Shown in pieces: positions 50,517 through 57,969 of a stretch of DNA of 64,000 nucleotides (positions are counted from its first letter, which is position 1; every line of letters begins with the position of its first letter). A program made the position numbers and the translations under genes. This DNA is from Candidatus Poribacteria bacterium. GTDB lineage: Bacteria > Poribacteria > WGA-4E > WGA-3G. Location of the stretch: contig OZ241845.1 of assembly GCA_965202725.1 (NCBI GenBank), forward strand, positions 794,640 to 858,639, in the 5' to 3' direction. A model generated the notes under the pieces. It worked only from the letters and a program-made list of their open reading frames with translations. It was not told where the DNA came from and made no database searches.

Positions 50517-50566
50517 CCCTTGCTTGTGGGGGGGGGGCGGGGAGGTATTCCCCTAGGTAATGTCAA
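50517..50566. repeat. B-motif copy with expanded G-run (CCCCTTGCTTGTGGGGGGGGGGCGGGGAGG...GGTAATGTCAA)
   Basis: Matches 7888-7925 including the GTAATGTCAA tail. The G-run is G10 here versus G5/G7 elsewhere. Confidence 0.65.
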
Positions 50567-50660
50567 TTATACACCATCTGAACCATAAATGTCAAATTAT
50601 TTCTTCACGTTCACAGACATAAAATACCTTAAACACACCTAACGCGTCAAGTCTTTTTTC

Positions 50661-50814
50661 CATGCTATTCTAAAATAGGTAGGCTGTGCCGTTGTAGCAT
50701 GGTTTCGTGTTAGGCTGTGCCTTACCCTTACCCCCCTACCCCCCGCAAGCAGGCGGGATGCTATTCTTGTAGCATGGTTTCGTGTTAGGCTGTGCCTTAA
50801 GTTGTAGCAAGGTT
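50661..50814. repeat. A-motif cluster: degenerate A, A, B (reverse), A, partial A
   Basis: TTGTAGCATGGTTTCGTGTTAGGCTGTGCC at 50692-50721 and 50767-50796. Between them lies the reverse complement of the B motif. The cluster is immediately 3' of mod1. Confidence 0.75.
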
Positions 50815-50834
50815 CTTGACTGCATAGTTCGGCA

Positions 50835-52511
50835 TCACTCTGTAACAACCGTCTCCTCACCGAGCATATCAATAATCTTCACAGCAACCCGAGCATCAGG
50901 ACGCGGCAGCGATACCGTGTATTCTCCCTCAACAAAGTCAGCCTTTTTCTGTGGAACATCGCTTTCAACGATGTCGAAACGCTCGCCCGTATAATCGGTA
51001 TCGATTAGCACACAATCAACTTGTGCACGGAAGTCCTCAATGTGTTCGCCGAAGAGGGTGCGGTCTATGTCCAAACGCCCCAAGATAGTTGGACTCATAT
51101 AATCTTCAATAGTGATCGTAACGCTCTCTCCGTTTCTTTCAAAGCTAACATCTGCTTCGGCAGCCGCATAAGTAGTCACACCATCACGTTGAATATCGCG
51201 CACGATGAATTTGTTTATCCCGCGTCGCTGGTTTTCTTTAACAAGTTCTTCCTGAATTCCGATCTCGCTCCCATTGCATAGCAGCGTGATGTTGCGTGCC
51301 TCATCTGGGCGATTTTGGAGTTCGTCTTTAATAAGTTGAACATCCAATCGATTGAACGGTCTTGTAAGGTCAATAATTTTGACGAGTGTCCCGTCCAGTG
51401 TGCCGTCAAAAAACGCTTCTCGCCTGTCCGTTTGCACGCCATATTTTTTGATAACAATATTCCTTCGTTCTAAATGTGTGCTGGCATCGTAGTTATTGAC
51501 ACGATAGTGGGCAATGCCGCGCCGCATCTCTGGTAACTTCTGTAGTCTTTTGAGTGTCGTCTGGATGGCCCCTTTGTTGATATCCGCAGCAATCCAGCGC
51601 CTACCGAGTTCCTCCGCTATGACTGCAGTGGTTCCGCTACCAATAAAACAATCAAGAACGATAGAATCCTTGTTGCTCGAGGCTTTAAGAATAGGTTCTA
51701 TTAAATTTTTAGGTTTTTGAGTAGGAAAGTCGGAACGTTCCCGATCCATAGTGTTAAGCGAAGGTTGAATAATCACATCATCAGGAGTTTTACCTGTTGG
51801 CATATCCTTTCCTGCTTGTCCTCCCCTGTTGTATCGCCACTCGGTCATTCCGCTTTCAAAAGGCACTAGAATTTCATCTCGATTGAAAATGTATTTGTCC
51901 GGCGATTTGGTATACCAAAAAATAGTCTCATGTGCATGGGCTAATCTCTTTTTTCCACGAGAGGCATTTTTGTAGTACCAAATAATTTCATTCTGGAAGA
52001 GGTCTTTGTCAAATATTTCGTCCATGAGTACTTTCAGATAGTGACTTTTTTCATGGTTGCAATGCAGGTAAATTGAACCTTTATCTGATAACAATTCATA
52101 CATCAAAATGAGTCGTTCATACATAAACTGCAAATAGTTGTCATTTGCCCAAATATCAGTGTATTGTGTTTGCTCGACAAAAGAGGGACCTTCGCCTGCT
52201 AATTCTTTCTCTTCACCGCGCAGTTTTACCTTTCGCACATAGTCTGCTCCACTGTCAAACGGTGGATCGATATAAATGAGGTCTATTTTACCACGAAACC
52301 CTTGCACAAGCAATGTGGAGAGAATCTCTTTGTTGTCTCCGTGAAAAAGGAGATTGGGCCCCTCCTTGAATCTGTCGTAAGTCGGTTCCTTTTCTGGGTT
52401 TTCTATGTTGTAGGTTTCGACTAATTGTGCAGGATAGTTGCTGATTGTGTCAATCGGGCGTTTGCCGACCCAATGCAACATCGGTCTGCCTTTAACGGGT
52501 TTGATTTTCAT
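50835..52511 (-). CDS. Type III restriction-modification methyltransferase Mod, paralogue 1 (beta-class N6A/N4C MTase) with ~230-aa conserved C-terminal extension
   Basis: Motif IV IDLIYIDPPF near the N-terminus, a variable middle target-recognition region, motif X PTQKP, motif I VLDCFIGSGTTAV, then a long C-terminal domain shared by all copies. Start placed at MKIKPVKG (ATG 52511). The listed ORF starts 15 nt upstream. Confidence 0.6.
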   Translation of the reverse strand: MKIKPVKGRPMLHWVGKRPIDTISNYPAQLVETYNIENPEKEPTYDRFKEGPNLLFHGDNKEILSTLLVQGFRGKIDLIYIDPPFDSGADYVRKVKLRGEEKELAGEGPSFVEQTQYTDIWANDNYLQFMYERLILMYELLSDKGSIYLHCNHEKSHYLKVLMDEIFDKDLFQNEIIWYYKNASRGKKRLAHAHETIFWYTKSPDKYIFNRDEILVPFESGMTEWRYNRGGQAGKDMPTGKTPDDVIIQPSLNTMDRERSDFPTQKPKNLIEPILKASSNKDSIVLDCFIGSGTTAVIAEELGRRWIAADINKGAIQTTLKRLQKLPEMRRGIAHYRVNNYDASTHLERRNIVIKKYGVQTDRREAFFDGTLDGTLVKIIDLTRPFNRLDVQLIKDELQNRPDEARNITLLCNGSEIGIQEELVKENQRRGINKFIVRDIQRDGVTTYAAAEADVSFERNGESVTITIEDYMSPTILGRLDIDRTLFGEHIEDFRAQVDCVLIDTDYTGERFDIVESDVPQKKADFVEGEYTVSLPRPDARVAVKIIDMLGEETVVTE

Positions 52512-52956
52512 TGTGTTCCGTCCCATGCCTCAAAATGTGTATAAATTTTTCTGGGGGCACGATCTGTATTTGCTCATAACTACCTAAATCCAATAGGTCC
52601 CGGTCTCGACTTACGATATAATCGGCTGATACTGCCACAGCGCAGGAGATAATCATGTCGTCTTTAGGGTCGCGTTCTATGACACGAATTTCTGGCAATT
52701 GTGCAACTATAATGCTAATATCTTTCAGGTAATCGATAAAAATTTCTGCTTTTTCTGAGGGATATGTATAACGATTCCGTATGTGTGGTTTCTCTAAAAG
52801 TACATGGCGAATTTCCTGTAAAATTTCTGCCGACGTGTAAAGATTGACATTTTCCTGACACTGAGACACCAAGGCTGCTGTCAATCCCTGGGTAAGAAAA
52901 GCACTTACGGCGACAACGCTATCAAGGACAACGCGTAGTTTTCTTCTGTTTGTCAT
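52492..52956 (-). CDS. PIN-domain toxin (VapC-like)
   Basis: RVVLDSVVAVSA (N-terminal Asp) ... CAVAVSADYIVSRDRD acidic residues typical of PIN. Start placed at MTNRRK (ATG 52956). Its 3' end overlaps the mod1 start by ~20 nt. Confidence 0.5.
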   Translation of the reverse strand: MTNRRKLRVVLDSVVAVSAFLTQGLTAALVSQCQENVNLYTSAEILQEIRHVLLEKPHIRNRYTYPSEKAEIFIDYLKDISIIVAQLPEIRVIERDPKDDMIISCAVAVSADYIVSRDRDLLDLGSYEQIQIVPPEKFIHILRHGTEHNENQTR

Positions 52957-53224
52957 ATTCTTCCTGTCGACACTCAGCAACAGCGCGCTCAACATCTTGA
53001 TAGACTTCTTCTTCACTGATCCCTCTATTTTGTTCATGGACGCTTTTCATTAATTGCAAAAGTTTCGCCCAATTTTCAGGGGTCGTTGATTTCTTAGGCA
53101 TGATCACTACACAATCACCCTCAATCCGTGCATCCACGATATCGCCCTTCTTGAGCCCTAAACTTTCTCGGATCTGTTTCGGAATAGTTATCTGTCCATG
53201 TTCGAGAATCTTGGCAATTGCCAC
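52922..53224 (-). CDS. AbrB/MazE/SpoVT-family antitoxin
   Basis: MAIAKILEHGQITIPKQIRESLGLKKGDIVDARIEGDCVVIMPK is a swapped-hairpin AbrB signature. GTG start. Overlaps the PIN gene by ~35 nt. Confidence 0.5.
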   Translation of the reverse strand: MAIAKILEHGQITIPKQIRESLGLKKGDIVDARIEGDCVVIMPKKSTTPENWAKLLQLMKSVHEQNRGISEEEVYQDVERAVAECRQEEYDKQKKTTRCP

Positions 53225-53282
53225 ATTTTTTCTCCTTTTTGTGTAGTTGTCCTAATATGCATTGTGCCTTTCGCAACGTTAA

Positions 53283-53408
53283 GTTGTAGCATGGTTTCCT
53301 GTTAGGCTGTGTCTCTTCCGTAGCATGGTTTCCTTTAGGCTGTGCCTCCTTCATAGCATAGCCTCCGCGCTTGCGGGGGCGTAGCATAGTTTCCGATTAG
53401 GCTGTGCC
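53283..53408. repeat. A-motif cluster (3 copies) with B-like fragment CCTCCGCGCTTGCGGGGGCG
   Basis: GTTGTAGCATGGTTTCCTGTTAGGCTGTG, GTAGCATGGTTTCCTTTAGGCTGTGCC, GTAGCATAGTTTCCGATTAGGCTGTGCC. Lies between the toxin-antitoxin pair and mod2. Confidence 0.75.
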
Positions 53409-53526
53409 GTTCCGTTCCCCGTAATAAACAAGCGGACATCCGCGCTTAATTCCGCACGTACCTTTCAGTGTGTCTTCTCGTAACAGAGAAACCACCTCAT
53501 CAGGTTCTTGACTGAAGAGTTCGGCA

Positions 53527-55266
53527 TCACTCGGTAACAACCGTCTCCTCACCAAGCATATCAATAATCTTCACAGCAACGCCAGCATCAGAACGCGGCA
53601 GTGATACCGTGTATTTTCCCTCAACAAAGTCAGTCTTTTTCTGTGGAACATCGCTTTCAACGATATTGAAATGCTCACCCGTATAATCGGTATCGATTAG
53701 CACACAATCAACCTGGGCTCGGAAGTCCTCAATGTGTTCGCCGAAGAGGGTGCGGTCAATATCCATGCGTGCCAAGATAGTTGGACTCATATAATCTGCT
53801 ATAGTGATCGTAACGCTCTCTCCGTTTCTTTCAAAGCTAACATCTGCTTCGGCAGCCGCATAAGTAGTCACACCATCACGTTGAATATCGCGCACGATGA
53901 ATTTGTTTATCCCGCGTCGCTGGTTTTCTTTAATAAGTTCTTCCTGAATTTCGCCCTCACTTCCATTGCATAACACCGTGATGTTGCGTGCCTCATCTGG
54001 GCGATTTTGGAGTTCGTCCTTAATGACTTGAATATCCAGTCGGGTGAACGGTCTCGTCAAGTCAGCGATTTTGACGAGGGTTCCGTCTAAGTGTCCATCA
54101 AAGAAAGCAGCTTTCCGGTCAGTTTCCACACCGTATTTAGAAACGATAATCTCTTTAAGTTTGTGCTCAGTTTGGAAGTCGTAGTTATTGACGCGGTAGT
54201 GGGCAATCCCACGTGGTTCGTCAATACTGGACTGTATCCTTTTCATTGTAGTCTGTATCGCGCCTCTGTTGAGGTCTGCAGCGATCCAACGTCTACCAAG
54301 TTTTTCCGCTACAGCAGCAGTGGTGCCACTCCCCACAAAGCAATCTAAAACGATATCTCCCTCATTAGAAGATGCTGTGATAATACGTTCTAATAGAGCT
54401 TCAGGTTTTTGGGTTGGATATCCTATACGTTCATCATCGTCACCTTGTATAGTAAGCTCCTTTTCTATCCATAGATTTCCAATAGCGACTCCAGGATTAG
54501 TATCAAGGTAGACTCTCTTAACAGTGCCTTGCAGATATTTGCGACCCCGTGGTATTGCATAACGTCGACCATTTTCGTCAGTGTGTCTATATTCAGATTT
54601 GATAGTTTGTTCTGATAATGGACGGAATATAGCATTGAAAGTATATTTATCGGTGAGCGAATAAAACAGTAAAGTGTCGTTCTCAGTTGTAAATTTTAGT
54701 TTCGCTGTATTTTTATGTCCCCCATATTTTCTCCACACGATCTCATTTCTAAAGTTAATTTCTCCAAAAATTTCGTCCAATACTAACCTCAAATAACTGT
54801 TCATCCGCCAGTCACAATGCACAAAGATAGCCCCATTATCTGATAACAATTCCCGCATCAGAGTCAACCGTTCGTACATAAACTGAAGATAAGTATCATT
54901 TGCCCAAATATCACTGTATTGTATCTGTTCAGCAATAGTGTGTCCTTCTGCCTCCAGTTTCTCCCTTCTACCGCGCAATGCCACTTCCCGTACATAATCC
55001 GCACCGCTTGCAAAGGGTGGATCGATGTAGATAAGGTCTATCTTCCCGCGGAATCCCTGCACGAGAAGTGTAGAGAGGATTTCCTTGTTATCGCCGTGAA
55101 AAAGGAGGTTAGGACCGTCCTTAAATCTGTCGTAAGTTGGTTCTTTTTCTGGGTTTTCGGTGTTGTAGGTTTCGACTAGTTGTGCAGGATAGTTGCTGAT
55201 TGTGTCAATCGGGCGTTTGCCGACCCAGTGGAGCATGGGTCTGCCTTTAACGGGGGTGATTTTCAT
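53527..55266 (-). CDS. Type III restriction-modification methyltransferase Mod, paralogue 2 (different target-recognition region)
   Basis: About 200 N-terminal and ~230 C-terminal residues are near-identical to mod1. The central ~150 aa are unrelated. DPPF and FVGSGTTA motifs are intact. Confidence 0.6.
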   Translation of the reverse strand: MKITPVKGRPMLHWVGKRPIDTISNYPAQLVETYNTENPEKEPTYDRFKDGPNLLFHGDNKEILSTLLVQGFRGKIDLIYIDPPFASGADYVREVALRGRREKLEAEGHTIAEQIQYSDIWANDTYLQFMYERLTLMRELLSDNGAIFVHCDWRMNSYLRLVLDEIFGEINFRNEIVWRKYGGHKNTAKLKFTTENDTLLFYSLTDKYTFNAIFRPLSEQTIKSEYRHTDENGRRYAIPRGRKYLQGTVKRVYLDTNPGVAIGNLWIEKELTIQGDDDERIGYPTQKPEALLERIITASSNEGDIVLDCFVGSGTTAAVAEKLGRRWIAADLNRGAIQTTMKRIQSSIDEPRGIAHYRVNNYDFQTEHKLKEIIVSKYGVETDRKAAFFDGHLDGTLVKIADLTRPFTRLDIQVIKDELQNRPDEARNITVLCNGSEGEIQEELIKENQRRGINKFIVRDIQRDGVTTYAAAEADVSFERNGESVTITIADYMSPTILARMDIDRTLFGEHIEDFRAQVDCVLIDTDYTGEHFNIVESDVPQKKTDFVEGKYTVSLPRSDAGVAVKIIDMLGEETVVTE

Positions 55267-55425
55267 TGTATGTTCTTCCTATGTTATAGAATCTTGATCG
55301 ACAATACTATATAACGTAAGTTTGATAAATACTTGTACGAAATCAATGTGTGCGTTTTCGGTATCGCGGGGGATCTCAAGGTTACCTTCAAGATAGGTAC
55401 TATGATACTCCTCAATCCTACTTAA

Positions 55426-56019
55426 TCAACAAGCTTTCTTGAAAAACAAAGCAACCAGAATGAAGAATAACAATGTTGGAACTGCAACCACAAACATACG
55501 AGACCAGTCATTCCAAATTTGGTTGAAATGCATGAATAATTCTCCGAAGTTAGAAACTGGAATGAGTCTAGGGGCTGATTTCTTGAATAATTGTTTTTCA
55601 GTCATTTTTCGCCTTTCACCACCAAAATTGACTGTAACCTCTGCATCGCTGGGACAGAAAGTGTTTTTAGGGTATTTAGAAAGATGGTGCAAAATACATT
55701 CTGCTTTTTTAAGGTAAAAGTTTCTTCGCCATGCGTCATTTGCCATTGCTACAGCAACTCCAATTTGCCACATAACGTAAATAATGTGTATACCTAGCGC
55801 AAATAAGGCTAGTCCAATACTTTGCCATCGTTCAATAGACAGTGATGTTGCTTTTATAATTTGGTAAAAAGCTAAAATGAGTAGCGTCATATACGAGATA
55901 AAAATCCTAAATTCAACGGTTCTCCTGTCATCATGCCGCTTTGCTCCAAATTCAGCAATGTCCAGCATACCCTGCAAGTTCTCTCTATCCTTGTCGAAGT
56001 TATCTTTATTGTTCATCAC
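55426..56019 (-). CDS. hypothetical 4-TM membrane protein, markedly AT-rich, embedded in the restriction-modification locus
   Basis: 197 aa, hydrophobic helices (FRIFISYMTLLILAFYQII, LALFALGIHIIYVMWQIGVAV, VVAVPTLLFFILVALFF). No recognisable family. Confidence 0.4.
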   Translation of the reverse strand: MMNNKDNFDKDRENLQGMLDIAEFGAKRHDDRRTVEFRIFISYMTLLILAFYQIIKATSLSIERWQSIGLALFALGIHIIYVMWQIGVAVAMANDAWRRNFYLKKAECILHHLSKYPKNTFCPSDAEVTVNFGGERRKMTEKQLFKKSAPRLIPVSNFGELFMHFNQIWNDWSRMFVVAVPTLLFFILVALFFKKAC

Positions 56020-56088
56020 TTACCTCTCAGTGTGTCTTCTCGTAACAGAGAAACCACCTCATCAGGTTCTTGACTGAAGAGTTCGGCA

Positions 56089-57790
56089 TCACTCGGTAAC
56101 AACCGTCTCCTCACCAAGCATATCAATAATCTTCACAGCAACGCCAGCATCAGAACGCGGCAGTGATACCGTGTATTTTCCCTCAACAAAGTCAGTCTTT
56201 TTCTGTGGAACATCGCTTTCAACGATATTGAAATGCTCACCCGTATAATCGGTATCGATTAGCACACAATCAACCTGGGCTCGGAAGTCCTCAATGTGTT
56301 CGCCGAAGAGGGTGCGGTCTATGTCCAAACGCCCTAAGATAGTGGGACTCATATAATCTGCTATAGTGATCGTAACGCTCTCTCCGTTTCTTTCAAAGCT
56401 AACATCTGCTTCAGCAGCCGCATAAGTGGTCACACCATCACGTTGAATATCGCGCACGATGAATTTGTTTATCCCGCGTCGCTAGTTTTCTTTAACAAGT
56501 TCTTCCTGAATTCCGATCTCGCTCCCATTGCATAACACCGTGATGTTGCGTGCCTCATCTGGGCGATTTTGGAGTTCGTCTTTAATAAGTTGAACATCCA
56601 ATCGGGTGAACGGTCTTGTAAGGTCAATGATTTTGACGAGTGTCCCGTCCAGTGTGCCGTCAAAAAACGCCTCGCGCCTATTCGTTTGCACGCCATATTT
56701 TTTGATAACAATATCCCTTCGTTCTAAGTGCGTACTGGCATCGTAGTTATTGACACGATAGTGGGCAATGCCGCGCCGCATCTCTGGTAACTTCTGTAGT
56801 CTTTTGAGTGTCGTCTGGATGGCCCCTTTGTTGATATCCGCAGCAATCCAGCGCCTACCGAGTTCCTCCGCTATGACTGCAGTGGTTCCGCTACCAATAA
56901 AACAATCAAGGACAATAGAATTTTTATCGCTTGATGCTTTGATGATACGTTCTACAAGCTTTTCAGGTTTCTGGGTAGGAAATTGTTGCCGCTCTTTCGC
57001 ACTTCTACTGATAATGCCGATTTCAAATAGGTCTGATGGCAATTGCCCCTTTGGGTGTGCGTACCACTTTTTACCTGAAGAATCTAATGTGTAATAACCC
57101 TCTCCGTCCTGTTTGTAACCTTTTAGTTGTTCTGCTTTATAAGGTTCCCGCATTTCATCTAAGTGAAAAATCCAATCTTCGGCACTTTTAGCGTACCAAA
57201 AGATCGTATCATGTTTCTGAGAGAACTTCTTTCTTACTGTACTTGCCCAATTATACTTCCAGACGATTTCGTTGACGAAATTACCCTCTCCGAATACTTC
57301 GTCTAATAGTAAACGTAGATGATGATTTTTGTGTGAATCGCAATGAAGATAGAGACTTCCCCTATCACTTGAGTTCGCGCATCAAAATGAGCCGTTCAAA
57401 CATGAATTGAAGGTAGTTATCATTTGCCCAGATGTCGGTATATTGCGTCTGCTCAATAAGGGAATGGCCTTCCGCCTCTAAGTTTTTCTGTCCTCCACGT
57501 AATGCTACCTTTCGCACATAGTCTGCTCCACTGTCAAACGGTGGATCGATATAAATGAGGTCTATTTTACCACGAAACCCTTGCACAAGCAATGTGGAGA
57601 GAATCTCTTTGTTGTCTCCGTGAAAAAGGAGATTGGGCCCCTCCTTGAATCTGTCGTAAGTCGGTTCCTTTTCTGGGTTTTCTATGTTGTAGGTTTCGAC
57701 TAATTGTGCAGGATAGTTGCTGATTGTGTCAATCGGGCGTTTGCCGACCCAATGCAACATCGGTCTGCCTTTAACTGGCTTGATTTTCAT
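56089..57790 (-). pseudogene. Type III Mod paralogue 3, decayed
   Basis: N-terminal fragment 57365-57790, target-recognition region + motif I fragment 56482-57153, C-terminal fragment 56089-57457. Broken by a frameshift near 57360 and a CAG to TAG nonsense at 56483-56485 (gtcgcTAGtttt versus gtcgcTGGtttt in the intact copies). Carries a third distinct target-recognition region. Confidence 0.55.
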
Positions 57791-57942
57791 TGTGTGTTCT
57801 TCCTATGCTATTTATGATAGATCTTAGCATGAATTGGACAAGCTGTGAATCAACGTTAGCATGCGCGTGTCGCATTCTGCGGGTGTGGTTAGAAACCGTA
57901 CCCACCGTGCTTGGGCGAAACTCTATGCTACAGGTGATACTT

Positions 57943-57969
57943 GCACAGGCTAACGGTTTCCTATGCTAC
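57943..57969. repeat. A-motif copy (reverse: CACAGGCTAACGGTTTCCTATGCTACA) plus partial copy, between res and the mod array
   Basis: Overlaps the res stop codon region. Confidence 0.6.

Noticed and set aside
50661-50814. A-motif arrays considered as a degenerate CRISPR array (30-bp GTTGTAGC… repeats separated by unique sequence)
   Set aside because: Spacer lengths are irregular (8, 34, 45 bp). At most 3 units per cluster. The 'spacer' is itself the conserved B motif. There are no cas genes in the window. It behaves as a dispersed composite repeat instead.
53440-53526. CUGAUGAG…GAAAG in the mod2 3'UTR (minus strand), resembling a hammerhead ribozyme core; copy also at 56025-56100
   Set aside because: Stem II needs a mismatch. 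The spacing to GAAA is off by one nucleotide. No convincing stems I or III. This is more likely a simple 3' hairpin (TTCTC-gtaaca-GAGAA).
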